Source: a virus (Duplodnaviria; Caudoviricetes). From it: DNA of 64,000 nt. The notes under the pieces were generated by a model that saw nothing but the letters and a program-made list of their open reading frames with translations, had not been told where the DNA came from and did not search any database. The position numbers and the translations under genes were made by a program. Of the stretch, positions 9,628 through 17,353 are shown one piece after another. The stretch spans positions 1 to 64,000 of the IMG/VR virus record IMGVR_UViG_3300028588_000019; one strand, 5' to 3'. Every line of letters begins with the position of its first letter. Positions within the stretch are counted from its first letter, which is position 1.

Positions 9628-9879
9628 TTATTCTTTCGGGAACGACAGTTTGAGGGATTCGAGCAGTAGGGCTGAGACGCCTGCGTCGCCGTAGTGCTTG
9701 AGGAAACGGTCGAGGTCTACGCTGGCAGACGCGACCTTGTTGTAGTAGTCGGCACCTTGAGCCCGAACGTAGCCGAGCATATCCACGTAGCTCTGACGAG
9801 TGGCTGCAAGTTGCGGACCAAGATCCACCAACGGCTCGCGGCCCGTGGTCTTTTGTGCGTGTTCTTCGATCGGGGACAT
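9628..9879 (-). CDS. Hypothetical protein
   Basis: 83 aa in a tightly packed operon. Confidence 0.55.
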   Translation of the reverse strand: MSPIEEHAQKTTGREPLVDLGPQLAATRQSYVDMLGYVRAQGADYYNKVASASVDLDRFLKHYGDAGVSALLLESLKLSFPKE

Positions 9880-10088
9880 TACAAACCCTTTCCGCCGCGA
9901 CGCAGGTGACGCTTGCGCTGCCTGATGTAGATTGGCAGGAACAGCAAAAGGATGAAGGCGTCGAACAGCAGTTCAAGGATGTCCAGGCGCAGTACGTCAA
10001 AGAAGATGTTGAGCAGTGCAAGCACGCAGATGAACAACACGAAATAGCGGTGGCGCACCGCCTTCCAGATGAGTTTAACGCAGTCCAT
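9879..10088 (-). CDS. Small membrane protein
   Basis: Two hydrophobic segments and a basic C-tail. Confidence 0.55.
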   Translation of the reverse strand: MDCVKLIWKAVRHRYFVLFICVLALLNIFFDVLRLDILELLFDAFILLLFLPIYIRQRKRHLRRGGKGL

Positions 10089-10089
10089 T

Positions 10090-10305
10090 TTACTTCCGAT
10101 CGTAAAGGATTTTAACGCAGCGGTCGATGTTTTTGATCTTTACGATCTTGTCGCCGCCGTTCTTTTCGCAGGTCAGCTCGTCCTCGATGAAATTGCCGCG
10201 CTGGGACATGACAAACCAGACCACAAGCGCAAGAACCAACAGCGACAGGAGGATTTCCGCACCCTGCCCCCATTCGGATTCAGGACGTTCTTTTTTAATT
10301 GACAT
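10090..10305 (-). CDS. Small membrane-anchored protein
   Basis: One TM segment (ILLSLLVLALVVWFVM) and a Cys pair. Confidence 0.55.
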   Translation of the reverse strand: MSIKKERPESEWGQGAEILLSLLVLALVVWFVMSQRGNFIEDELTCEKNGGDKIVKIKNIDRCVKILYDRK

Positions 10306-10555
10306 ATTGTTCGATTGGTTGCGTTGAAAAAGACCCGTCGTAGGTGTCGATGTCTACTTCGGGGATATTGCTGTACGGGAGGTACTGCACCGGAGCCGTG
10401 CCCAGCGGGTAAGCCCAGGCTGCAAAATACTCTCCCGGTTGACCACACCAGCGGCCCAGCACGCTCACGCCACAAACCGTCAACAGTTGTAGATCGTATT
10501 GTTGCTGCGCTTCTGTGGGCGCTTCGAAATTCCAGTTTGTGGTGATCGTGTTCAT
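10295..10555 (-). CDS. Hypothetical protein
   Basis: 86 aa; LQLLT..GV..LGRW....YFAAWAY pattern seen in phage accessory proteins. Confidence 0.55.
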   Translation of the reverse strand: MNTITTNWNFEAPTEAQQQYDLQLLTVCGVSVLGRWCGQPGEYFAAWAYPLGTAPVQYLPYSNIPEVDIDTYDGSFSTQPIEQYVN

Positions 10556-10566
10556 GGTTCCGCCAA

Positions 10567-11349
10567 TTATTGCACTTGGTCCCGTACCCAGCCCGGATAT
10601 GGGAGGGGTGTGACTTCTTTACCCAAAGCGCGCTCGACATCCGCGCCAGTGGTGGACGTCGGCACAGCAGCGCACGGACCGTCGTGACCTTCGGTGCGGG
10701 TGCACATCCAGCCCGGTGGCGGCACGTTGCAGGCGGTCGGCATGTGGGTGAAGTCCACCTTTACGCTCGAAGCTTTCGCTGTCTTGTCTTCGTAGATTTC
10801 GCCGACGGCGTCCATACTTGTCATTTTGACGTTGCTGAGATTCAGCGAGCCGTTTTCGCAGATCTGGAAGACACCGAAGTCCAGCGGTAATTGCGTATGG
10901 TCAACGCTTGCGGGCGCCAGCATGTCGCGTACCTTGAACATATCACCTTGCTGGCAGGCGTCTTTCAGCGCCAGCAGCTTGTCGTGGTAACCATCTTGCA
11001 TCGCTTTGCTGATGCGCAGGTCGCATTCCAGGGTACTGATCCGAGCGTAAGCGTGCTTCAGCTCGGTACGCATTTTGTCGATGCGTCCGTGAAGGCTGTT
11101 AATTTCGCCCTGCTTTGCTTCTTCGATCAGTTTAGCAATCGTTTCGTTATCCAGAGTGACCTGGATTGGTACGGACAGGGTTTTGACAGCCTTGTTACCC
11201 GAACCCTCGCCGAGCTTCTTGTTAGCACGTTGCAGCGCGTCGATGCTGTTACGGTGGATGCTAATCACCGAGTTTTTGATGGCGGATACGAAACCGCCGC
11301 CGACGAGTGCGCCACCAACGACGCACAGGGTTGCTTGAATCAGTTCCAT
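10567..11349 (-). CDS. Hypothetical protein (N-terminal TM, coiled coil, Cys/His motif)
   Basis: 260 aa; CTRTEGHDGPC near the C-terminus. Confidence 0.6.
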   Translation of the reverse strand: MELIQATLCVVGGALVGGGFVSAIKNSVISIHRNSIDALQRANKKLGEGSGNKAVKTLSVPIQVTLDNETIAKLIEEAKQGEINSLHGRIDKMRTELKHAYARISTLECDLRISKAMQDGYHDKLLALKDACQQGDMFKVRDMLAPASVDHTQLPLDFGVFQICENGSLNLSNVKMTSMDAVGEIYEDKTAKASSVKVDFTHMPTACNVPPPGWMCTRTEGHDGPCAAVPTSTTGADVERALGKEVTPLPYPGWVRDQVQ

Positions 11350-11352
11350 TTA

Positions 11353-11691
11353 TTAATCCTCGAAGATGTTACAACGAACAGCAGGGGAACCGTCCTTGCC
11401 GGAACGGAACTGGAAGAACTTCAAACCCATTGCGGCAACATGGGTGCGGCAGACGCCGACCAGCGCAGCATCCGCGGCCTGCGTTTGGACGTGGTCAGTG
11501 GCTTTATGCCAGGTGTTTGGAATACCGATGCAGCGTGCGATCAGTTCCAGCGCCAGGCGGGTAGTAGTACCGACACCGCGCGTATCGCTGCACATCGGGT
11601 AGAGACGATTCTTGCGTTGCTTGTCTTTGGGCTTGTCGGCAGCGCGATCGAACGGCTGGCTCCAGTGGGTAAGCTTTTTGTGGTCGGTCAT
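11353..11691 (-). CDS. Hypothetical protein
   Basis: Starts MTDHKK with an ATGA overlap. Confidence 0.55.
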   Translation of the reverse strand: MTDHKKLTHWSQPFDRAADKPKDKQRKNRLYPMCSDTRGVGTTTRLALELIARCIGIPNTWHKATDHVQTQAADAALVGVCRTHVAAMGLKFFQFRSGKDGSPAVRCNIFED

Positions 11692-12086
11692 AATTTCACC
11701 AGATACTCGAAGGTCCATTCGGACGGGTTACCGAGCAAACCAGCCCGGCTTGGATGTGGGTCGAACACGATTTCGCCGTCTTTGCCGACAACGGAGTGGA
11801 ACAAACCTGCACCGCGAGGCGACGGGCCACCGATCAGATGGTAGCCTTCCATGTCGACCGCATAGGTTGGATCGTGACCGTCGGTGCGGAAGATCATACC
11901 AAGGCTGCGTGCGTCCAGGAAATTGAACACAGCATCCCAAAACTCTTCATTCTTGGTGTCCAGCTTTGCAAGGAAGTGCGGCACGTCCGCAATCGGCAGG
12001 TCCAGAACCGAAGCGATGGTTGCACGCATGCAGTCACCGTTTTGCACGCCCGGGATGTTGACGAACTCTTGGTCTTGGGGTGTCAT
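11688..12086 (-). CDS. Conserved phage protein, possible papain/C39-like Cys hydrolase
   Basis: GDCMRATIAS...HSVV...FDPHP gives candidate Cys/His/Asp residues. Confidence 0.5.
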   Translation of the reverse strand: MTPQDQEFVNIPGVQNGDCMRATIASVLDLPIADVPHFLAKLDTKNEEFWDAVFNFLDARSLGMIFRTDGHDPTYAVDMEGYHLIGGPSPRGAGLFHSVVGKDGEIVFDPHPSRAGLLGNPSEWTFEYLVKL

Positions 12087-12292
12087 GGTTCGAACCTGAT
12101 GAAGTGGATCTTGGTTTTGCCGTTTGCACCGACACGGAACTGTGGGCAGCAGATATCGTCCAGGACATCGATAGCCTTGGCCCAGATTGCTTCACCCTTC
12201 GGCGTGCGTTCCGCTTCGCAGTCCTTGCCCGGGTTGCGCAGTGCCGTCGCAATATATTCGAACACTGCTGCGTCGCTTGGTTGGAAGTGCAT
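12083..12292 (-). CDS. Hypothetical protein
   Basis: 69 aa with an ATGA overlap. Confidence 0.55.
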   Translation of the reverse strand: MHFQPSDAAVFEYIATALRNPGKDCEAERTPKGEAIWAKAIDVLDDICCPQFRVGANGKTKIHFIRFEP

Positions 12293-12295
12293 GGC

Positions 12296-12610
12296 TTATT
12301 CCGTGTACAGGTTGAAGCGGAGCCAGAGGTTACCAGCAGCTTCTTGACCACACTCAAAGAACTGCATCTCGGTCTGCGCGATGATCTGCATGATGCGGTC
12401 GCGGAGCATGCGGTTCACGATTGGTGCTTTACCGACACCTTCCATCGTCGCATGGTCGATGATCATCAGCTTCTTGTTGGGTTGCTGCATTGCTTTAGCG
12501 ATCATCATAAACGCTTGGGCTTGCGTCTTGCCGGTGAGGCGGTCGCTCGCAACGTTGCGCATGTCGTAGTTCGCGCCGAGCAGTTGGAACAGTTGGTTCT
12601 GTTTGGTCAT
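12296..12610 (-). CDS. Hypothetical protein (first gene of the leftward arm)
   Basis: Starts MTKQNQ; DRLTGKT resembles a degenerate P-loop, as does the protein at 11353. Confidence 0.55.
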   Translation of the reverse strand: MTKQNQLFQLLGANYDMRNVASDRLTGKTQAQAFMMIAKAMQQPNKKLMIIDHATMEGVGKAPIVNRMLRDRIMQIIAQTEMQFFECGQEAAGNLWLRFNLYTE

Positions 12611-13330
12611 GGGATCATGTATCCAGAGGGTTAAGGGGTGCAACAGGGACAACTGTACAGGGGAAATGCGGTTATGCAAAGGAATATTTTACGGGGTGGA
12701 ATTTGGACTGATCGTGGTGTAACTATCGGGTCCGAGATACGGAATTTTCGGTGGGGTATTTTTTCCGCAAATGGGTAATGTTGAGGTGAAAAAGGGAAGG
12801 GGGTGGGTCTAGTGGAACAGATAGAGGATGGGATTGGAGGGCAGTGATGGTTCTAGATAGGGAACTTTGGATTTTTTACCTAAAATATCACCCCATAGCC
12901 TAATATATAGGCATCCGCCCCGATTTACTTACGGCCACTATGTTCCACGCGTTCCACGCACCCTACAGCGCACGCGCGCACAGCACCCTCCTGCCCCACG
13001 CGCAAATTGTTCCACGCGCGCCTACCCCTGTTCCACGCGGTTTAAACCGCATACCTGCTGCCAGGGTGCGCCAGGGTGCACCAGGCACCCCAGCCGCAGC
13101 CCCATAGGTTTTAGCTATGTGTTCCAGTTTGCCCGATAGTTATATACAATCTGCCAAGGTGCACAACCGTGTATAGTTACACCTATGCGCTGCACACAAC
13201 GCTGCACGCAGTACCCCGCAAGGGGTGCGCTGTACCCTTGCTTTTTAACAACATAGCAGCTTACTACTAAGCAACATTACTATATAGCAATAATGCTGTA
13301 TAGCAACATACTTTACTATAGGTAAACATT
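12611..13330. other. Divergent non-coding control region; candidate origin or genome terminus
   Basis: No convincing ORF; plus strand is G-rich to about 12870, then C-rich; iteron-like repeats and a palindrome. Confidence 0.6.
12941..13050 (+). repeat. TGTTCCACGCG direct repeats and 14-bp palindrome
   Basis: Copies at 12941, 13008 and 13029, a partial copy at 12951; GCGGTTTAAACCGC at 13037-13050. Confidence 0.8.
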
Positions 13331-13900
13331 ATGCAAAACGCTAAATTCGGTAATACCAAAAACGCAATCGCACGTATGCAAGCACGCATTGCAGCTGTAC
13401 AAGCACTGCGCAGCAGCAAGCACGCTGCTCGGGTTGCAGCACGCAACCAACAAGCGTTTACCCTGCAAATGCAGCAGCTAGCAGCACAGTACAACGTTGC
13501 ACCCGAGCAGCTTAAAGCAATGCTTGGTGCTACCGACCGTGCAGCACGCGCTAACAGTGCAACTGCTAACCCTAGCACCGAACTGGTAACGGTTAACGGT
13601 GTTAGTTACAAACCATGCGCAGCAGTGCACGCACTGTGCGATTGGTTGGTTAGCACCGAACCAAACGCAACCCGTAAGCAAATGTTGGAGTTGTGCAAGG
13701 ATAATGGCATTAACGCAAGTACTGCTGCAACGCAGGTCGGTTTGTACCGTGCACGCGCTAAAGCAGCAGCAGACGCAGCACAGTAATGCAGCAGCACCCC
13801 GAACAGGGGTGCGCTTGCTAGTGTACCTTGGCAACAGGGTGCACCACCAAGCAACAACGTAGCAGATACAAGGTACGCAAGGCGCCCTACCCCTCGCTGG
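13151..13900. other. GA/TC-depleted island
   Basis: No GA or TC dinucleotide from 13151 to 13347; about 12 in the 456-bp ORF that follows (manual count). Confidence 0.9.
13331..13786 (+). CDS. Ala/Gln-rich protein with C-terminal wHTH-like domain (paralog family member 1)
   Basis: C-terminal AVHALCD...RKQMLELCKDNGINASTAATQ aligns with the proteins at 18422, 39782 and 40696. Confidence 0.7.
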   Translation: MQNAKFGNTKNAIARMQARIAAVQALRSSKHAARVAARNQQAFTLQMQQLAAQYNVAPEQLKAMLGATDRAARANSATANPSTELVTVNGVSYKPCAAVHALCDWLVSTEPNATRKQMLELCKDNGINASTAATQVGLYRARAKAAADAAQ

Positions 13901-14239
13901 GTAGCATCGCTGACCAGCACACCAATGGGTGTGAACAATTAGTAAGCTCTTTAACAATCTATAAGCTCTGCTCCCACGTTTACACCTTCACGAATAGGGT
14001 GTGGGATGACAGGCAACCCCCATGAGTAACCGCGTGCGTGTATGAGCCCGGGACCAAGGATTAAAAGCCGCATGGGGGAAAATATATTCAGTGGTCCGAC
14101 CTAACCTGAGTAACAGCTAGTACCTTATCACGAGAAGGTTAGTCAGCATGGTCGGGGTGTGCCCGCGTGACAGGCGGCATACTTATGTTCACTACCAAGT
14201 GCACATAAGTTGATAACCACACTAACAGGGGAATTAATC

Positions 14240-14479
14240 ATGGCATACAACGCTAATATCGAGCAACTTGCAGTCGACATCAAAAGCTTGACCGATACCG
14301 ACCTGCAATACCTCGTCAGCTTGCTCAGCAGCGACAGTGACATGGAGGACGACGTCCGCGAGTCAAGCTGCATGGGTGCAATGGCTTACGCATACCGTAC
14401 CAGCCGTGCAGTCATCGCTCAGCGCGACTTCAACCTGCGCGAGCAGGCAGCGATGGATGACGCGAACTACAAATGGTAG
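14240..14479 (+). CDS. Small early protein
   Basis: AGGGG RBS; starts MAYNANIEQL. Confidence 0.6.
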   Translation: MAYNANIEQLAVDIKSLTDTDLQYLVSLLSSDSDMEDDVRESSCMGAMAYAYRTSRAVIAQRDFNLREQAAMDDANYKW

Positions 14480-14527
14480 AGTAATTTACTAGCTTGCCGT
14501 GGCAGGCTAGTGAGTGCACTCTGCACT
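14480..14527 (+). repeat. Two-hairpin intergenic element, copy 1
   Basis: AGTAATTT + ACTAGCTTGC-CGTG-GCAGGCTAGT + G + AGTGC-ACTCT-GCACT. Confidence 0.85.
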
Positions 14528-14550
14528 AAACCAACTAACAGGAGTAATTC

Positions 14551-14700
14551 ATGGCAAAGTATAAGATTTCTTACACCCTCAACGGTGCACCACGGAGCAA
14601 GGCTGTTTCAGCTGAAAGCGACGGAGAAGCTTGGGAGCTAGCTGAAGAAATAGCTGACCAGTTTGACGACTGTGAAATCATAAGCGTTGTCGAACAGTAA
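14551..14700 (+). CDS. Small early protein (49 aa)
   Basis: AGGAG RBS; MAKYKISYTLNG...; below the ORF-track cutoff. Confidence 0.65.
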   Translation: MAKYKISYTLNGAPRSKAVSAESDGEAWELAEEIADQFDDCEIISVVEQ

Positions 14701-14752
14701 GAGTAATTTAGTAGCCTATTCACGAGTAGGTTACTGAGTGCGCTCTTGCACT
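14701..14752 (+). repeat. Two-hairpin intergenic element, copy 2
   Basis: GAGTAATTT + AGTAGCCTATT-CACG-AGTAGGTTACT + G + AGTGC-GCTCTT-GCACT. Confidence 0.85.
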
Positions 14753-14777
14753 AAAACAACAACATAGGGAGTAACTC

Positions 14778-14975
14778 ATGAAAATGATTAAATTCGGTCT
14801 TATCCTCACCTTCACGCTTAACACCGTACTGCTTGGCGCTTTTGACCGCTGGGCTAAGTCCGGTGATGGTTTGGAGTGGTACGGTTTGCTGATGGAAGTT
14901 GCAGTGAGTCTTGCAATGTTGGCAAACTTGCTGTCCGCTTCCATGGTGGCAATTTTGCATGCGGAGGGCAAGTGA
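14778..14975 (+). CDS. Small two-TM membrane protein
   Basis: GGGAG RBS; two hydrophobic helices. Confidence 0.6.
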   Translation: MKMIKFGLILTFTLNTVLLGAFDRWAKSGDGLEWYGLLMEVAVSLAMLANLLSASMVAILHAEGK

Positions 14976-15058
14976 CCCTCTACATCACTCTGCTCGGGTA
15001 CGTTGTACCTGCAATCGCAATCACGTACTTCGTCAAAACCATCATTAACGACCTGTGA
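14972..15058 (+). CDS. 28-aa single-TM peptide
   Basis: GTGA overlap; MTLYITLLGYVVPAIAITYFVKTIINDL. Confidence 0.5.
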   Translation: MTLYITLLGYVVPAIAITYFVKTIINDL

Positions 15059-15110
15059 AAGTAATTTGTAAGCCTGGCGCGCTAGGCTTGCGAGTGCACT
15101 TTCCCGCACT
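15059..15110 (+). repeat. Two-hairpin intergenic element, copy 3
   Basis: AAGTAATTT + GTAAGCCTGG-CGCG-CTAGGCTTGC + G + AGTGC-ACTTTCCC-GCACT. Confidence 0.85.
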
Positions 15111-15132
15111 ATCACAACATAAAGGTAATACT

Positions 15133-15483
15133 ATGAACACCATCACCACCCACGCAGCATACATCGCTCACCTCGTTTCTAACGGTCGTCACGCAGGCCT
15201 TGCCAAAGCAATGGTCACCGAGTTCTTCTGGTCAAGCATTAACGGACCAGAAAACGACCTGTTGTATTCGGGTAGCGACGAGGAAACGCCATGCAGCCTC
15301 GAGCCAGCGCAAGCACTTGCCGAATTCGATGCAATTGTTCATGATTACAACGCTGCTGTAACCGAGGATGGCATCATGTTCGACGGTGAACTTATGTTCG
15401 ACCTCGACGGTGAGTATGCCACAAGCGGCTCAGGCAACGCATCGATCGTTCGTGGCTACGAGAACGGCGGTAACTTCAACTAA
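15133..15483 (+). CDS. Acidic early protein
   Basis: AAGG RBS; D/E-rich, 116 aa. Confidence 0.65.
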   Translation: MNTITTHAAYIAHLVSNGRHAGLAKAMVTEFFWSSINGPENDLLYSGSDEETPCSLEPAQALAEFDAIVHDYNAAVTEDGIMFDGELMFDLDGEYATSGSGNASIVRGYENGGNFN

Positions 15484-15533
15484 GAGCAATTTACTACCTC
15501 AGCGTGCTGGGGTAGTGAGTGCGCTCTTGCACT
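15484..15533 (+). repeat. Two-hairpin intergenic element, copy 4
   Basis: GAGCAATTT + ACTACCTCAG-CGTG-CTGGGGTAGT + G + AGTGC-GCTCTT-GCACT. Confidence 0.85.
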
Positions 15534-15553
15534 ATCACAACATAAGGATTCAC

Positions 15554-15682
15554 ATGTACACAATTATCGCCTTGATTGAAGTTTGCCATGAAGTAGTCTT
15601 CACCCGCGACGGGTTGTACCTCGTCACCACCATCGTGGACCACTTCAACAAGCGCACCATCCAAATTGCAGAGGAGATCTAA
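15554..15682 (+). CDS. Small early protein
   Basis: AAGGA RBS; starts MYTIIALIEV. Confidence 0.55.
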   Translation: MYTIIALIEVCHEVVFTRDGLYLVTTIVDHFNKRTIQIAEEI

Positions 15683-15684
15683 TC

Positions 15685-15903
15685 ATGCGTCATCCAATCG
15701 ACTTTCAAGCTTCGCATGCTCAGATTAAAGAAGACCCTGAGTACGCAATCGAAGTGCTTGTTCACTATGTGCCGTTCAACCTGCACATGATGATTAACGA
15801 ATTCATGGACGAGTTCGTACAAAAGCATTCATTCCAGGTGTACACGGCCAGCCCACTCGTTGGTCAGTTCTTCATGTGGTTGAAGGACACCCACAAAGAT
15901 TAA
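15685..15903 (+). CDS. Small early protein
   Basis: GAGGAG RBS; 72 aa. Confidence 0.65.
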   Translation: MRHPIDFQASHAQIKEDPEYAIEVLVHYVPFNLHMMINEFMDEFVQKHSFQVYTASPLVGQFFMWLKDTHKD

Positions 15904-15952
15904 AGCTCTAGCTAAGTGGTCTTCACGGGCCACTTGACGAGCGCTTTGCTCG
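15904..15952 (+). repeat. Two-hairpin intergenic element, copy 5 (variant B)
   Basis: AGCTCTAGCT + AAGTGGTC-TTCACG-GGCCACTT + GA + CGAGC-GCTTT-GCTCG. Confidence 0.75.
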
Positions 15953-15969
15953 CTAACAAAGGAACTAAA

Positions 15970-16260
15970 ATGACTAAGATTGAATTAACGCAGTTCAAAC
16001 AGACCAACCTGCGCGATGTTCTTGAACGTGCACAGGAACTCTTGGTGAGTCTTGCAACCATCTGCAACGACAACAAGAGCCGAATCCAAATCGCTGAAAA
16101 GATGCTGAAGCAAGTTGACCCAGGCGATGACTGGGAGCGGGTTGCTTGGTCGCTGGTCAACATCGAGTTGGTTGAGCGGATTATTCGTGAAGAGGACGCA
16201 AGCCTTCTGAAGTATCCTGAAGACTGGGATGGCGGCATCAACGTTGGGACGAAGGAGTAA
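15970..16260 (+). CDS. Small early protein
   Basis: AAAGGA RBS; starts MTKIELTQF. Confidence 0.65.
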   Translation: MTKIELTQFKQTNLRDVLERAQELLVSLATICNDNKSRIQIAEKMLKQVDPGDDWERVAWSLVNIELVERIIREEDASLLKYPEDWDGGINVGTKE

Positions 16261-16263
16261 TTC

Positions 16264-16452
16264 ATGATTAAGCTGATCCCGCTCCCAAAGACGCCGAAGG
16301 TTCGCGTCAACCTGCACCTCGAGGAAGGTGTGGTCGCCCACTTCAAGCATGTCGCTGAGCTTGAAGAACGCCCATACCAGCCACTCATTAACAAGGTGCT
16401 TCGCGAGTATATCGAGTCGCTGCCGCCTGAGCAACGTTATCACAATCGCTGA
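16264..16452 (+). CDS. BrnA-antitoxin/CopG-like ribbon-helix-helix protein
   Basis: KVRVNLHLEEGVVAHFK...PYQPLINKVLREYI matches the BrnA pattern VtiRld.dV..wFk...gYQtriN..LR. Confidence 0.7.
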   Translation: MIKLIPLPKTPKVRVNLHLEEGVVAHFKHVAELEERPYQPLINKVLREYIESLPPEQRYHNR

Positions 16453-16570
16453 GGTGCTGATGTGTTTTGGGACTACGTTCTAGCAGTCATTGCACTGTGT
16501 TTGATCCCACCCGCCGTCGTATTCCTGATTCTTTGGTGGTTTGGCGACGACTTTTAATTAGGAGAGCGAA

Positions 16571-16789
16571 ATGAGTAAACCCCTCACGATTGAACAAGAA
16601 ATCCACGCTCGCATCAAACGGACCGAGCTTTTCGCAGCAATGAGGTCTTCAGGTAATTACGAAGACGATCTTGCAATTATCGACATCATTCTCGAAATGC
16701 GCGAGCGTGCCCGCAACGGGGGTGACCCCGAAGAACTCTTATACGAAGAGGGCTTTGAACCCGACTACGTATTTGACCTTATTGACTAA
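16571..16789 (+). CDS. Small early protein
   Basis: AGGAG RBS; DPEELLYEEGFEPDYVFDL acidic C-terminus. Confidence 0.7.
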   Translation: MSKPLTIEQEIHARIKRTELFAAMRSSGNYEDDLAIIDIILEMRERARNGGDPEELLYEEGFEPDYVFDLID

Positions 16790-16845
16790 AGCTCTAGCTC
16801 ATGACCACACTACCACGGTGCGGTCATGGTCGAGCGCTTTGCTCG
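16790..16845 (+). repeat. Two-hairpin intergenic element, copy 6 (variant B)
   Basis: AGCTCTAGCT + CATGACC..CACG..GGTCATG + GT + CGAGC-GCTTT-GCTCG. Confidence 0.75.
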
Positions 16846-16863
16846 TAATAGAAAGGACATTGT

Positions 16864-17028
16864 ATGCTGCAATACAGAAAGGCGCTGATTGATTTCAGCC
16901 ACGAGTACTTCCATCAGTACATCGATGAATTCCTTGCGGGATACAGCATCCCAGCAGGTATGACCTATCCTCAACTTGTCCACCAGTTCGCTGAGTGGTG
17001 CGAGTCTTGCGGCTTTTGGGAGGTTTAA
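16864..17028 (+). CDS. Small early protein (54 aa)
   Basis: AAAGGA RBS; starts MLQYRKALIDF. Confidence 0.55.
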   Translation: MLQYRKALIDFSHEYFHQYIDEFLAGYSIPAGMTYPQLVHQFAEWCESCGFWEV

Positions 17029-17030
17029 CC

Positions 17031-17237
17031 ATGAAGTTCGAATTCAAAAGCTCGAACGGCCAACTCATGATGAGTATTGAGTCCCCGAACACTAAGTTCG
17101 CCAAGCTGGTCAAGCAAATGTTCATTAACGAAATGAAAGACATTCACGGACCAGGCTTCAACATGTCCGTCTCCACTCCTATCGAGGGTGGGACGTTCGA
17201 GCAATACAGCCACGGTATCGAGTGCCGGGTATCATAA
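17031..17237 (+). CDS. Small early protein
   Basis: GGAGG RBS; starts MKFEFKSSNG. Confidence 0.6.
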   Translation: MKFEFKSSNGQLMMSIESPNTKFAKLVKQMFINEMKDIHGPGFNMSVSTPIEGGTFEQYSHGIECRVS

Positions 17238-17291
17238 AGTAATCTCCTAGCTCGTTCTGCGGGCTAGTGGATGCACTTTAAATATGTGTAT
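17238..17291 (+). repeat. Two-hairpin intergenic element, copy 7 (degenerate)
   Basis: AGTAATCT + CTAGCTCG-TTCTG-CGGGCTAG + altered second hairpin ATGCAC..GTGTAT. Confidence 0.5.
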
Positions 17292-17353
17292 GCACTTTTG
17301 CTTTTGCCATGGTATAATAACCGTGTTGTTCAATTTCACGACAAGGATAAACC

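Noticed and set aside
14480-17291. Repeat array read as a CRISPR or integron array
   Set aside because: Spacers are 130-900 bp coding regions with their own RBS, repeats vary in sequence, there is no attC RYYYAAC/GTTRRRY core, and there are no cas1/cas2 or integrase genes
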